64,000 nt of DNA from Peptococcaceae bacterium (GCA_003509545.1 DOLC01000002.1:21306-85305); one strand, 5' to 3'; counted from the stretch's first letter, positions 9,539-20,547 are shown. Notes: generated from the letters alone by a model not told the origin. Translations and numbers: made by a program.

Positions 9539-9665
9539 CTCCCTCTTTAAACAGCCGCGGATACGGTTATTCTAAAAACTGGGAGGATTTTGGGGCCCCC
9601 TGCCGAAATATACAAATCGGTCTCCGAATAATGTCCAAAAAATATTTCCAAGGGGTGATAAGGGG

Positions 9666-10184
9666 ATGTCTAACATAATGCATACCGCCGCGGAACTCAT
9701 GGCCATAGCTGCCCGTACGGCGCCCAAGGCGGCAGGCAAGGACTTCGTGGTCTTGGAGATCTTACAGGGAGACCAATTGGAAAAATTGGCCGACGCCATG
9801 GTCGAATACGGACGTCAGGCCGGCCGCAAGAACTTCGACCGGGACGGGGAGAATGTGAGGCGTTCGGCAGCGGTACTGCTGGTGGGTTTAAGAAACGCCC
9901 AAAAGACCGGCTTGGACTGCGGTGCCTGTGGAGAGCCGCGGTGCGCAGAGCTCAAGGATTTCCAGCCGGGCCCGGAGTTTGCCGGCCCCATATGCGCCTG
10001 GCGCCTCCTGGATCTGGGGATAGCCATAGGTTCGGCGGTCAAAACGGCCAGCATCCTTAATATCGACAACCGGATTATGTACCGCATTGGGGTTGTGGCC
10101 CGGCGGCTGGGCCTGATAGACGCTGAAATTGCCGTGGGCATACCCCTTTCCGCCACCGGCAAGAACATCTATTTCGACCGTTAA
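9666..10184 (+). CDS. Ferredoxin-domain protein (DUF2148-like)
   Basis: ARTAPK, CGACGxxxC, DLGIAIGSA, DNRIMY, GKNIYFDR. Confidence 0.8.
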   Translation: MSNIMHTAAELMAIAARTAPKAAGKDFVVLEILQGDQLEKLADAMVEYGRQAGRKNFDRDGENVRRSAAVLLVGLRNAQKTGLDCGACGEPRCAELKDFQPGPEFAGPICAWRLLDLGIAIGSAVKTASILNIDNRIMYRIGVVARRLGLIDAEIAVGIPLSATGKNIYFDR

Positions 10185-10189
10185 TGGAA

Positions 10190-10219
10190 GAGGTCCCTCA
10201 CCACCCGGTGAGGGACCTC
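10190..10219. terminator. Hairpin between convergent genes
   Basis: GAGGTCCCTCACC-ACCC-GGTGAGGGACCTC. Confidence 0.7.
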
Positions 10220-10220
10220 C

Positions 10221-10901
10221 TTAGTTCACCCGCGCCGGCCGGAAGGCCAGGTGATCTCCGGACACCAAATGAAATTCCACTCCCCAGTGGTTTCCGTCCA
10301 GGGCCTTGAGGCGGTCCTGGCCGTGGAGATGGGCGTAATAGCACCGTTGAACCCCGTACTCCCGCATCAGGTCCACGAAGGCCGAAGGCTCGCCGACAAG
10401 AGCCGGCGGGTAATGCATCATGACCAATACGGGTTCCGCCCCCTGCCGTTTTTTCACCACTTCCTGCAGGGCCCTTTCCAGCCGCAGGATTTCCCTGCGG
10501 TAAACCCGCTCGTCGGTTTCCGGGTTAAAAAGGGGATGCCCCGGCACCAGCCAACCGCGGGTACCGCAAACGGCCACCCCCTCCGTCACCTCGGGTTTCA
10601 ACAGGTCGAAGTCCGCGTCCAGGACGGCTTCCCGCATCTTCTTCTCGGTCTGCCACCAATAATCGTGGTTGCCTTTAAGTATTCTTTTACGGCCGGGCAA
10701 GCTCTTTAAAAGCCTGAGGTGGGGCAGGGCTTCTTCCAGGCGCATGGCCCAGCTGAGGTCTCCCAGGAGGTAAACGGTATCCCCGGGCCCGACGACCCGT
10801 TTCCATTCCCTCACTATCCTATCCTCGTGGTGGTCCCACTCCGGTCCGAAGATAGACATATCACGTCCCAGATGGAGATCGCCCAAGGCAAAAAGGGCCA
10901 T
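10221..10901 (-). CDS. Metallophosphoesterase
   Basis: GDLH, GDLSW, GNHD, HYPP, HLHG. Confidence 0.9.
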   Translation of the reverse strand: MALFALGDLHLGRDMSIFGPEWDHHEDRIVREWKRVVGPGDTVYLLGDLSWAMRLEEALPHLRLLKSLPGRKRILKGNHDYWWQTEKKMREAVLDADFDLLKPEVTEGVAVCGTRGWLVPGHPLFNPETDERVYRREILRLERALQEVVKKRQGAEPVLVMMHYPPALVGEPSAFVDLMREYGVQRCYYAHLHGQDRLKALDGNHWGVEFHLVSGDHLAFRPARVN

Positions 10902-10917
10902 ATTTATCCTCCGCCCT

Positions 10918-11919
10918 CTACTCCAACCTCCGCACAATGGCGTCTGCCATCTCCTGGGTTCCCGCCGAACCGCCCAGGTCGTAGGTTAAATACCTTCCCT
11001 CGGCCAAAACCGCGTTGATGGCCTCCATGACCCTGGAGGCGGCCTCGTTTTCCCCCAGGTGTTCCAGCATCATTACCCCGGAAAGGATAGTGGCCAGGGG
11101 ATTAACCTTGTTCTGGCCGGCATATTTGGGGGCACTCCCGTGGATGGGCTCGAAAACCGCGGCCTCCTCCCCCAGATTGGCCCCCGGGGCCACCCCCAGG
11201 CCCCCCACCAGGCCGGCGCAGAGGTCGGAAAGGATGTCGCCGTACAGGTTGGGCAGTACCAGGACATCGTATTGTTCCGGCTTCTGCACCAGTTGCATAC
11301 TCAGATTATCTACAATCCGGTCGTCGGCCTCGATTTCAGGATAATCCTTGGCCACCTCGTAAAAGCAGCGCAGGAAAAGGCCGTCGGTGAGCTTCAAAAT
11401 ATTGGCCTTATGTCCTGCGGTCACCCGGCGGCGGCCCTTCTTGCGGGCATATTCAAAGGCCGCCCGGGCGATCCTCTCCGAGCCCTTGCGCGTAATAATT
11501 TTGATACTCTCCGCCGCATCTTCGTCTACGGTATGTTCCACCCCGGCATATAGGTCTTCGGTATTCTCCCGGAAAACCACCAGGTCTATCCCCTGGTACC
11601 TAGAAGGCACATTGGGCAGATTCCTGACCGGCCGCACATTGGCATAGAGGTCCAACTCTTTGCGCAGGGCCACATTGACGCTGCGAAAACCGGTTCCCAC
11701 CGGAGTGGTAATGGGCCCTTTGAGGGCCACCTTGTTCCGCCTGATGGATTCCAACACTTCTGAAGGCAAGACGCTGCCGCATTTCTGAAGGGCTGTTTCA
11801 CCTGCCTCCACCACTTCCCACTCGAGTTCGGCCCCGCTGGCCTCCAGTACCCGCCGCGCCGCAGCAATCACTTCGGGGCCGATCCCATCCCCGGGTATTA
11901 ACGTTACTACATGTCGCAA
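10918..11919 (-). CDS. icd: NAD-dependent isocitrate dehydrogenase (isocitrate/isopropylmalate DH family)
   Basis: [36 protein letters not shown]. Confidence 0.85.
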   Translation of the reverse strand: MRHVVTLIPGDGIGPEVIAAARRVLEASGAELEWEVVEAGETALQKCGSVLPSEVLESIRRNKVALKGPITTPVGTGFRSVNVALRKELDLYANVRPVRNLPNVPSRYQGIDLVVFRENTEDLYAGVEHTVDEDAAESIKIITRKGSERIARAAFEYARKKGRRRVTAGHKANILKLTDGLFLRCFYEVAKDYPEIEADDRIVDNLSMQLVQKPEQYDVLVLPNLYGDILSDLCAGLVGGLGVAPGANLGEEAAVFEPIHGSAPKYAGQNKVNPLATILSGVMMLEHLGENEAASRVMEAINAVLAEGRYLTYDLGGSAGTQEMADAIVRRLE

Positions 11920-12052
11920 ATTCTGCCACCTCCGCCTTGGAAACAATTACGCCTCTAATTATACGCAATTTGCCCTTCGCGAGCCAGCCCTCCGGCCAGA
12001 AGTTCCCTCTTTTTGCCGAGTACCCGTTTGCCAACCGGCAGGTAAACAAAGG

Positions 12053-12081
12053 TTGCCATGGATTTTCCCGCGAGTTACAAT
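12053..12081 (+). promoter_or_regulatory. Putative sigma-A promoter
   Basis: TTGCCA-N17-TACAAT. Confidence 0.55.
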
Positions 12082-12098
12082 AAACCCGGAGGCGGAAC

Positions 12099-13781
12099 TT
12101 GGTTATGCTCATCGGCCTGGACATGGGCGGCACCCATACCGACGCCGTCCTCATCTCCGGAGGAGAAGTCATACGACACGTTAAGGTTCTCACCGATCCC
12201 GCCGACTTTTTGGCTTCCGTGCGGGAGGCCCTCGATACCCTCCTGGAAGGCCGGGACCCGGCAACTGTTCGGCGCATAAACCTGAGTACCACCGTATGCA
12301 CCAATGCCATTGTGGAGGGGAAAACAGAGCCCGTGGGGCTCCTGCTGGAACCCGGTCCCGGACTGAATCCCTCGTTCTTGGCCTGCGCGAAGGTGAATGT
12401 CTTCCTCCAGGGCAGCATTGATCACCGCGGGCGGGAAACGGGCAGCCTTAAAGTTGGGGAGCTGGAGGCGGCCAAGGAACAATTCGCGGCTGCGGGCATC
12501 CGGTGCCTGGCGGCGGTGGGGAAATTCTCGGTGCGCAACCCTGCCCATGAATTGGAAATTGCTAAGAGGTTGGAGGGCAGCTACGACTTCATCACCCTGG
12601 GCCACCGACTGTCGGGCAGGTTAGCTTTTCCCCGGCGGGTCTACACCGCCTACCTGAACAGTTCCGTGTGGCGGGTCTACAGCCGCTTTGCCGAGGCCGT
12701 CCGGTCTTATGGGAAAAGCAGGGGTTTGAAAATAGAACCCTTTATTCTCAAGGCCGACGGAGGTACCTTGACTTTATCCGGCGCGATGAATACTCCCGTA
12801 GAAACTATCCTTTCCGGACCGGCGGCCAGCATCATGGGGGCCCTGGCCCTCGCGCCGGGAGAAGACGATTGTGTCATCCTGGACGTCGGCGGTACCACTA
12901 CGGATATCGCCTTCTGCGCCGGCGGAGTTCCCCTTTTTGAGCCCCAGGGCATACGCCTGGGGCCTTATCCTACCCTGGTGCGGTCCTTCTTCGTTCACTC
13001 CATAGGACTAGGCGGCGATAGCTCTGTTAGAATAGCCGACAGGCGGATGGCCATCGGTCCCCAGCGCCAGGGGCCCCCTGTCGCCCTTGGCGGTCCCGCT
13101 CCCACCCCTACCGACGCCTTCATCGCCCTGGGCATGCTCCCGGTGGGAGACCGGGGGCTGGCCGTGGAGGCCATAGAGGGCCTCGGCAGGAGCCTGGGCT
13201 TGTCCGTCAGGGCAACGGCTCACAGCATCCTGGACGAATTGGCCGCCGGTATCGCCGGGGCCGTCGGCCGGCTTCTTAATTACCTTAACAGCCGGCCTGT
13301 GTATACCATCCGGGAGGTTCTCACGGAAAGGAAACTGGAGCCGCGCCGGGTAATTGCCGTGGGAGCCCCAGCTCCCCTCTTGAAGCCCTTCCTGGAAAAA
13401 GCCTTAGGCCTCCCGGTAGAAGTGCCTTCCCTGGCCGGGGTGGCCAATGCGGTAGGCGCGGCTTTAAGCCACCCCACGGCCACCCTGGCCGTCTTTGCCG
13501 ACACGGAGAGGGGCGTCCTGACAGCTCCGGAAATAGGGTGGCAGGAAAGGATCGGCCGCTCCTTTTCCTTGGATGATGCGCGGCAGCGGGCCTTCGCCCT
13601 GCTGGAGCGGCGCCTCAGGGAACTGGGATACACCGAAGGGACACCCGAAATAGAGGTTATAGAGGAGCAGTCCTTCAATATGGTTCGCGGGTTTTACACC
13701 GTCGGCAGAAACATACGCCTCAAGGTCCAGAACCGGCCGTCCTTAGGCGGCCTGAAAGGGGGCGGCAATTGCCATGCTTAA
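12099..13781 (+). CDS. Hydantoinase/oxoprolinase family protein
   Basis: GLDMGGTHTD, ETILSGPAAS, DVGGTTTD, ANAVGAA. Confidence 0.88.
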   Translation: MVMLIGLDMGGTHTDAVLISGGEVIRHVKVLTDPADFLASVREALDTLLEGRDPATVRRINLSTTVCTNAIVEGKTEPVGLLLEPGPGLNPSFLACAKVNVFLQGSIDHRGRETGSLKVGELEAAKEQFAAAGIRCLAAVGKFSVRNPAHELEIAKRLEGSYDFITLGHRLSGRLAFPRRVYTAYLNSSVWRVYSRFAEAVRSYGKSRGLKIEPFILKADGGTLTLSGAMNTPVETILSGPAASIMGALALAPGEDDCVILDVGGTTTDIAFCAGGVPLFEPQGIRLGPYPTLVRSFFVHSIGLGGDSSVRIADRRMAIGPQRQGPPVALGGPAPTPTDAFIALGMLPVGDRGLAVEAIEGLGRSLGLSVRATAHSILDELAAGIAGAVGRLLNYLNSRPVYTIREVLTERKLEPRRVIAVGAPAPLLKPFLEKALGLPVEVPSLAGVANAVGAALSHPTATLAVFADTERGVLTAPEIGWQERIGRSFSLDDARQRAFALLERRLRELGYTEGTPEIEVIEEQSFNMVRGFYTVGRNIRLKVQNRPSLGGLKGGGNCHA

Positions 13782-15087
13782 AGCGCCTCACCGCCTCGGG
13801 CTGGTCTTTTTCCCGGCCTACGATTGGGCCATCTCCCCTACCCACCCGGAGAGGGAGGAACGGCTCCTCTATACCCAAGACCAGGTCTGGGAAGAGGGAA
13901 TTTTAGATATCGACGGGATTACCGAATACCGTCCCCGCCCGGCCGGCATCAAGGATGTGGAGAGGGTCCACATCTGCGTACCCGATGTTAGAAGCCGCGC
14001 CGGCGACTCCGACCTAATTGCCGCCGGCGGCGCCCTCGTCGCGGCCGATGCCGTCCTCCGGGGAGAGGTCGACCGGGCCTTTGCCATAGTGCGTCCCCCC
14101 GGTCACCATGCCCAGCGTATTGTCTACGGCAACCGCGGCTTCTGCAATATTAATATCGAAGCCATTATGATCGAATACATCCGCCGCCGGTACGGCCCCA
14201 AGCGCATCGCCATTGTGGATACCGATTGCCATCACGGCGACGGTACCCAGGACATCTACTGGCACGACAAAGATACCCTGTATATTTCCATCCACCAGGA
14301 TGGCCGCACCCTTTACCCGGGTTCCGGGTTTTTGCCCGAGTTCGGGGGTCCCAACGCCTGCGGCTATACCCTGAACCTGCCCCTGCCCCCTGAAACGGGG
14401 GAGGAGGGATTCCTTTACGCCGTAGAAAACCTGATCCTCCCGGTGCTGGAGGATTTTCGGCCCGACCTAATCATTAATTCCGCGGGGCAGGACAACCATT
14501 ACACGGATCCCATCACCAATATGCGTTTTTCCGCCCGGGGCTATGCCCGGCTGACCGAACTGCTACAACCCCACATCGCCGTCCTGGAGGGGGGCTACTC
14601 CATCGAAGGTGCCCTCCCTTACGTCAACCTGGGTATCATCTTGGCCCTGGCGGGCCTCGATTATTCCTGGGTCCGGGAGCCCGACTACAGCCCAGCCAAA
14701 GTGGCTCAGCCCCGGGAAATCACCGACTACATCGCCCGCCTATGCCGCGAAACTTATGCCGCCTGGCGGCAGCGACACGAAATCCGGGCCAGGAGCGTAG
14801 CCGGCCGCAAAGAGATCTCCCGCCAGCGCCGCGTTTACTACGATACCGAAGGGCTGTTGGAGCTCCAGAAGGAGACCACCTTGGTCTGCGACGACTGCGC
14901 CGGGCTCACCTGGATTGACTCCCGCTGCGCCGACCGCGGGGAGCATATCCTGGCCGTCTTTATTCCGCGGGACGCCTGCCCCCGTTGTCGGCAGGAAGGA
15001 GAAAAGCTGTTCCGCCGGGCCGACCGCCGGACCTATACCGGAGTATACCTCCAGGACCGGCCGGAGGACCTGCTTCTCAAGGAATGA
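13774..15087 (+). CDS. Histone-deacetylase-family amidohydrolase with Cys-rich C-terminus
   Basis: HPE, RPPGHH, GFC, DCHHGDGTQ, LEGGY; C-terminal CxxC...CxxC. Confidence 0.9.
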   Translation: MLKAPHRLGLVFFPAYDWAISPTHPEREERLLYTQDQVWEEGILDIDGITEYRPRPAGIKDVERVHICVPDVRSRAGDSDLIAAGGALVAADAVLRGEVDRAFAIVRPPGHHAQRIVYGNRGFCNINIEAIMIEYIRRRYGPKRIAIVDTDCHHGDGTQDIYWHDKDTLYISIHQDGRTLYPGSGFLPEFGGPNACGYTLNLPLPPETGEEGFLYAVENLILPVLEDFRPDLIINSAGQDNHYTDPITNMRFSARGYARLTELLQPHIAVLEGGYSIEGALPYVNLGIILALAGLDYSWVREPDYSPAKVAQPREITDYIARLCRETYAAWRQRHEIRARSVAGRKEISRQRRVYYDTEGLLELQKETTLVCDDCAGLTWIDSRCADRGEHILAVFIPRDACPRCRQEGEKLFRRADRRTYTGVYLQDRPEDLLLKE

Positions 15088-15280
15088 AGGCCCGGCGTTC
15101 CCCTGTCCGGCCTGCGCCCGCCGCCGCTTTATGGCTAAGGAAACCCGCCCGTAATAACCGGAGAAGGGCGTGCCCTGGGCGGGTGAAGCCTTGCTGCTGC
15201 CAAAAATAAGGGCGGGGTGATGGAGGGCAAACCTCCTCGGGGATTTCATAGTACCTGCGCCTGCGCGAGGCCTGCCCTTG

Positions 15281-15643
15281 CTAAAAGGCGCCCCGGACAA
15301 CCTCTATTTTCTGTACCCCTCCCCTTCTATCTACCCATACTGCCACAACATCAAAACGGCATGGTCGCCCTCCCAGGCCCCTTTGCTGCAAGTAATAGGC
15401 CGCCAGTCGGCGCAGACGGTGCTGTTTACGCCGGTCTACCGATTCCTGGGGGCTTCCCATTGAGCTGGAGGAGCGGGTCCTTACCTCCACGAACACAATT
15501 TCCCCGTCCTCCTCCGCCACTATATCCAGCTCGCCCAAGGGACAGCGGAAATTCCGTTCCCTTACGGAATAACCCCTAGCCTCCAGGAAGGCTGTCGCTG
15601 CTTCCTCCCCCTCCCGGCCCAGGCGCTTCCTCTCCCATGTCAT
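15281..15643 (-). CDS. yraN: YraN family putative endonuclease
   Basis: GxxGE, RNFRC, GELDIV, VFVEVRTR, CRFDVV. Confidence 0.9.
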   Translation of the reverse strand: MTWERKRLGREGEEAATAFLEARGYSVRERNFRCPLGELDIVAEEDGEIVFVEVRTRSSSSMGSPQESVDRRKQHRLRRLAAYYLQQRGLGGRPCRFDVVAVWVDRRGGVQKIEVVRGAF

Positions 15644-15707
15644 ACGAGGCGGCCTCCGGCAATCCCCGGTGCAACCCGGGACTGTATCTCAAGCCTTACG
15701 CGACAAC

Positions 15708-17138
15708 TCACTGCCCGAGAAAGACCATAGCAGAATTAAAGGCATAACCGGTAAGGGGAGTAGGATAGAGGCCGAAGAAAAAGAGTACGGCCAGGCACAC
15801 CACCAGGGCCACCTGCATTCCCAAGGGGACCCGAACGGCTGCCCTCCCCGCCGGGGGTTCCCCGAAGTACATGGCCTTAGCCACCTGGAGATAATAGTAG
15901 ACGGATACCATGCTCATCAACACGGCCAGAAGGGCCAGCCAGATGTACCCCTGCCCTATGACGGCCACGAACAGGTAAAACTTGCTCACAAACCCTGCCA
16001 GGGGCGGTATACCCGCCAAAGACAGGAGGGAAAAAAGGAGGACGGCCGCCAGTAAGGGCGAGCGCCGGGCCAGGCCGGCAAAATCGGCGATCTCGTCGCT
16101 ACCGTCTTCGTTGAAGAAGGCCGTAGCGGCCGTAAAGGCGGCCATGTTGGCAAAAACATAGATCATGGAGTAGTACAAAATGGCCCCTACTCCCAGGACG
16201 GAAAAGGCTACTACTCCAAGGAGGAGATATCCCGCCTGGGAGATACTGGAGTAGGCCAGCAATCTCTTGATGTTTTTCTGGGGAATGGCCACCAGGTTCC
16301 CTATCACCATGCTCAAAACAGAGAGGGCCACTATCAATTCCGCCCAGAGGCCGTGGCTCGCCGGCAGGGCGCCGAAGAAAATCCGCAGGAAGGCCGCAAA
16401 CCCCGCCGCCTTAGACGCCACCGACAAGAATCCGGTGATGGGGGTGGGTGCTCCCTCGTATACGTCCGGCGCCCACATGTGGAAGGGTACGGCAGCCATC
16501 TTGAAGGCAAAACCCGCCAGGACGAAGATGATGCCTACGCCCAGCAGGGGCTTCACCCCTTCCCTGGCCACTACTCTGCCTATATCCTCTAGCAAAGTGC
16601 TGCCTGTAGCCCCGTAAATAAAGCTCAATCCGTAAAGGAGAACGGCCGAAGACAGGGCACCCAGTATTATATACTTTAGGCCCGCCTCGGCGGATTTCAT
16701 GTCCCCTTTTCTATAGGTGACCAGGATACAGAGGGAGATGGTCATGAGCTCCAGACCCAAGTACAGGGTGATCAATTCCCCGGCCGAAGCCACGAGCATC
16801 ATTCCCAAGGTGGCCAGCACCAACAGGGCGTAGAACTCCCCCTCGCCCCGCGGCAACCGGCCAATATAGTCAAAGGAGGCAATACAGGTCAGTACTGCGG
16901 AGGCCAAAAAGAGGAGCTTAAAATAGGTCCCAAAGGGATCGATGATATAACCGTTCAAGACCACACCCTGGGCCTCCCGCATGGCCCACGCCACGGCCGC
17001 AATGCCCATTAATCCGGCCGTAGCCACATAGGCCAGTCCCCTTCTCTCCCGTCCCGGCATCAACAAGCCCACGGCCAGCAGCCCTAGTCCGAGGGCGGCC
17101 GTCAATAGCTCGACGCTCAAGAGCTGCCAGATTCCCAC
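15708..17138 (-). CDS. nuoN: NADH-quinone oxidoreductase subunit N
   Basis: AGLKY, FKMAAVPFHMWAPDVYEGAPTP. Confidence 0.95.
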   Translation of the reverse strand: MGIWQLLSVELLTAALGLGLLAVGLLMPGRERRGLAYVATAGLMGIAAVAWAMREAQGVVLNGYIIDPFGTYFKLLFLASAVLTCIASFDYIGRLPRGEGEFYALLVLATLGMMLVASAGELITLYLGLELMTISLCILVTYRKGDMKSAEAGLKYIILGALSSAVLLYGLSFIYGATGSTLLEDIGRVVAREGVKPLLGVGIIFVLAGFAFKMAAVPFHMWAPDVYEGAPTPITGFLSVASKAAGFAAFLRIFFGALPASHGLWAELIVALSVLSMVIGNLVAIPQKNIKRLLAYSSISQAGYLLLGVVAFSVLGVGAILYYSMIYVFANMAAFTAATAFFNEDGSDEIADFAGLARRSPLLAAVLLFSLLSLAGIPPLAGFVSKFYLFVAVIGQGYIWLALLAVLMSMVSVYYYLQVAKAMYFGEPPAGRAAVRVPLGMQVALVVCLAVLFFFGLYPTPLTGYAFNSAMVFLGQ

Positions 17139-18667
17139 TAGAAGATCCCCCCTACGGCCTTCGCGGCCTCGATCTTGGCTACCAGCGGGGCTACCCCGGT
17201 ATTAATGAGGTCCACCATGAGGGAGGGGAAGAGGCCGAAGAGAAGGAGCACCGAACACAGCACCACAATGGGGACCAGCTCCACTCCCCTGGCATCTTCG
17301 AGGACGTCCCACTCGGCTTTGCGCGGCCCGAAGAAGGTCTTCTGCACAACCCGGAGGACGTAAGTAGCCGTAATGACAATGCCCGAGATGGCCAGCACGG
17401 CCAGAACGCGGTAACTTAACAGGCCTCCCCACAGGACCTGGTCAGAGGTAAATGCCCCGAGGAAGATGAGGAATTCGGCCACAAAGTTATGCAGCCCGGG
17501 CAATCCCAGGGAGGCCAGGCCGCCGATGAGAAAACCGGCCGCCACCTTGGGCATCTGGTGGGCCAGACCCCCGAACCGGGCGATCTCCCTGGTGTGGGCC
17601 TTGTGGTAGATATTGCCTACCAGGGCAAAGAACAGGGCCGTCATAATCCCGTGGGCGAACATCTGGGTTACCGCCCCGCTCAGGCTCAAGGTGTTGAGGG
17701 CGGCTATCCCCAGCAGCACATAGCCCATATGACTTACGCTGCTATAACCGATAACGAACTTCAGATCCCTCTGCACCATGGCTATCATGGCCCCGTACAC
17801 CACGTTTACTATGCAGAGGACGGCAATGAGGGGGGCCCAGAACTTGGCTCCTTCGGGGAAGAAGAAGACGCCCACCCTTATGAGGCCGTAGGCTCCGAGC
17901 TTCATCAGAACGCCGGCGTGGAGCATACTTACGGCCGTAGGCGCCGCCACGTGGCCGTCAGGGGACCAGAGGTGCAGGGGCCAAATGGGTACGAGCACCC
18001 CAAAGCCTACGAGCATGAGGAAGAAGATAAACTTCTGGAAGCCTATATCGTATTCGACGGTGGCCAGAGTCTGAATATCAAAGGTCAGGTACCCCAACTG
18101 GTTGGAAGCGTATAGGAAGAGGGCGATGATGCCGATGAGGGCAAAGGCGCTGCCCACCAGGAGATAGAGGGTAAGCTTCATCGCCGCGTACTCTTTCCTG
18201 GTGCTTCCCCAGATGCCGATGAGGAGATACATGGGGATTACCGCTACCTCGAAAAAGAGGTAGAAGAAGAAGAGGTCCCTGGTCATGAACACGCCGAAGA
18301 CACCGGTTACCAGCATCAGGAGGAAAATGAAGAACTCCTTGATGCGGTTGGTCATATCCCAGGAGGCAAACACCCCGGTGAAGATCACTATGGCCGTGAG
18401 CAATACCATGGGCAGGCTTATTCCGTCCACGCCCAGGGAATAGTTGATGCCGAAGGCCGGCACCCACACCCTGTCCTCCAAAAACTGCATACCGCCCAAT
18501 TGCTGGTCGTAGGCCACATAGGCGTAAACAGACAGCGCCAAGGCGACAAAGGTAGCCACGGCGGCCGTAATCTTTATGAGGAGTTGTTCCCTTTCCGGTA
18601 TTATCAGGATGAGGATAAGCCCGATCACGGGTGCCAGAAGAATGGAAGTCAAAAGCGGGAAGCTCAT
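17138..18667 (-). CDS. nuoM: NADH-quinone oxidoreductase subunit M
   Basis: GVDGIS, PLHLWSPDGHVAAPT, YSSVSHMG. Confidence 0.95.
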   Translation of the reverse strand: MSFPLLTSILLAPVIGLILILIIPEREQLLIKITAAVATFVALALSVYAYVAYDQQLGGMQFLEDRVWVPAFGINYSLGVDGISLPMVLLTAIVIFTGVFASWDMTNRIKEFFIFLLMLVTGVFGVFMTRDLFFFYLFFEVAVIPMYLLIGIWGSTRKEYAAMKLTLYLLVGSAFALIGIIALFLYASNQLGYLTFDIQTLATVEYDIGFQKFIFFLMLVGFGVLVPIWPLHLWSPDGHVAAPTAVSMLHAGVLMKLGAYGLIRVGVFFFPEGAKFWAPLIAVLCIVNVVYGAMIAMVQRDLKFVIGYSSVSHMGYVLLGIAALNTLSLSGAVTQMFAHGIMTALFFALVGNIYHKAHTREIARFGGLAHQMPKVAAGFLIGGLASLGLPGLHNFVAEFLIFLGAFTSDQVLWGGLLSYRVLAVLAISGIVITATYVLRVVQKTFFGPRKAEWDVLEDARGVELVPIVVLCSVLLLFGLFPSLMVDLINTGVAPLVAKIEAAKAVGGIF

Positions 18668-20547
18668 CTTATCCCTCCTATCACCGGCGCCGCCGCCCAG
18701 ATTACTAAGACCACTACGGCTGCGAAAAGTACCAGGCCATAGACCGGCAGGTGGCCGGTCTGGAGGTAACGCAATCTACGCCCCGACCAGCGTACCAGGT
18801 CGCCAACACCGTCGAAAATACGGTCCACTACATTGCGGTCATGCCAGTTGAAGGCCTCGGCCAAACCCAGAACCACCCGGCGGAAGAACCAGAGGTAGGC
18901 CTCATCCACATAGTACTTGTTGTATACCAGCCGGTAGACGCCCTGCCACCGCCGGGACAAGGCCTCATGGGATACGGCCTCCCGGCCGTAGATGAACCAC
19001 GCCAGGTAAATCCCCAGGATGGCCACCGCGGTGGAAGTAAACATCACCACGTAGTTGGGCTCCACATGGTGGGGTTCGCCGAAGTACACCCAAGAACTGA
19101 AGCCGTGGGCAACAAAGGGGGCGCCCATAAAGCCGGACACCACCGAGAGTACCGCGAGGACAAGGAGGGGGACGGTCATGGTCCACGGTGACTCGTGGCC
19201 GTGGAGGCCCGCCCGCCGGGGACCGAAAAAGGCGACAAAGATGAGACGGAACATATAAAAGGCCGTAAGAAAGGCCACTACCGTCCCGAGGAGGTAAAGG
19301 CCGGTATACCCGTGGCTGTAGGCGGCCAATAGGATTTCGTCCTTACTCCAAAAACCCGCCAGGGGCGGGATTCCCGCCAGGGCCAAGGCGCCTATAATAA
19401 AGGTCCCGGCCGTGATCTTCATGTCCCGGGCCAGACCGCCCATGCGGAAGATATCCTGCTCGTTCAGAGCGTGGATAACGCTGCCGGCGCCCAAAAACAG
19501 CAGGGCCTTAAAGAAGGCATGGGTGGTCAGGTGAAACATACCGGCCGTCATACTGCCCACGCCCATGGCCATGACCATGTAGCCGAGCTGGCTTATGGTA
19601 GAGTAAGCCAGGATGCGCTTGATATCCCGCTGCACCACCCCGATGGTGGCCGCAAAGAGGGCCGTAAAGCCGCCCACATAGGCGATGATCAGCATAACCG
19701 ACGGCAGGCCGGCAAAGAGGACAAAGGCCCGGGCCAACAGATAAACCCCGGCCGCCACCATGGTGGCCGCGTGGATCAAGGCGCTCACAGGGGTGGGGCC
19801 TTCCATGGCGTCCGGCAGCCAGACGTGGAGGGGAAACTGGGCGGACTTACCTATGGGCCCGATGAACACCAGGGCCGCGGCCAGGGCCAGAAGGCCTAGG
19901 TTCTCCGCATGGGGAACGGCTTCCGCGAGCTCCCGGAAATTAAAGGTGCCGAACATGAGGAAGAGAAAGAAGAACCCCAGCATAAATCCGAAGTCGGCCA
20001 CCCGGTTGGTTACGAAGGCCTTTAAACTGGCCCGGGCCGCTTCCGGTTTATGGAAATAAAAACCTATAAGCAGGTAGGAACACAGGCCTACCAACTCCCA
20101 GAAGAAAAACATCATAAAGAAGTTGTTGGCCACTACCAGTCCCAGCATGGAGGCGCTAAAGAGGGAAAGGTAGCTGAAGAAAACACTGAAGCCCGGATCC
20201 CCGTGCATATACCCCACGGAATAGATCTCCACCAGCAGGGCTACCAGGGTAACCACTACCAGCATGACGGCGGTGAGGGGATCCAACAATATCCCGGCCT
20301 CGATTTTCAGCAGCCATCCCTCAGGTCCGGGAATGGCCAGCCAGTTGAGGGCCTTTTCCACCGGCTGTTCCATGGTAACTCCCGCCTGTAATACTTCCAC
20401 CAGAATCCCGACGGATACCACAAAGGAAGCGGCGATGGCCGCGATCCCTACCAGGGCGCTCAGCAACCTCAGGCGCCGGGTGACAAAAACGATGACCGGA
20501 AAGGCCAGGGCCGGGAACAGGGGCACTAACCAGGCGTACTCCATCAT
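18664..20547 (-). CDS. nuoL: NADH-quinone oxidoreductase subunit L
   Basis: GKSAQFPLHVWLPDAMEGPTPVSALIHAATMV. Confidence 0.96.
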   Translation of the reverse strand: MMEYAWLVPLFPALAFPVIVFVTRRLRLLSALVGIAAIAASFVVSVGILVEVLQAGVTMEQPVEKALNWLAIPGPEGWLLKIEAGILLDPLTAVMLVVVTLVALLVEIYSVGYMHGDPGFSVFFSYLSLFSASMLGLVVANNFFMMFFFWELVGLCSYLLIGFYFHKPEAARASLKAFVTNRVADFGFMLGFFFLFLMFGTFNFRELAEAVPHAENLGLLALAAALVFIGPIGKSAQFPLHVWLPDAMEGPTPVSALIHAATMVAAGVYLLARAFVLFAGLPSVMLIIAYVGGFTALFAATIGVVQRDIKRILAYSTISQLGYMVMAMGVGSMTAGMFHLTTHAFFKALLFLGAGSVIHALNEQDIFRMGGLARDMKITAGTFIIGALALAGIPPLAGFWSKDEILLAAYSHGYTGLYLLGTVVAFLTAFYMFRLIFVAFFGPRRAGLHGHESPWTMTVPLLVLAVLSVVSGFMGAPFVAHGFSSWVYFGEPHHVEPNYVVMFTSTAVAILGIYLAWFIYGREAVSHEALSRRWQGVYRLVYNKYYVDEAYLWFFRRVVLGLAEAFNWHDRNVVDRIFDGVGDLVRWSGRRLRYLQTGHLPVYGLVLFAAVVVLVIWAAAPVIGGIR

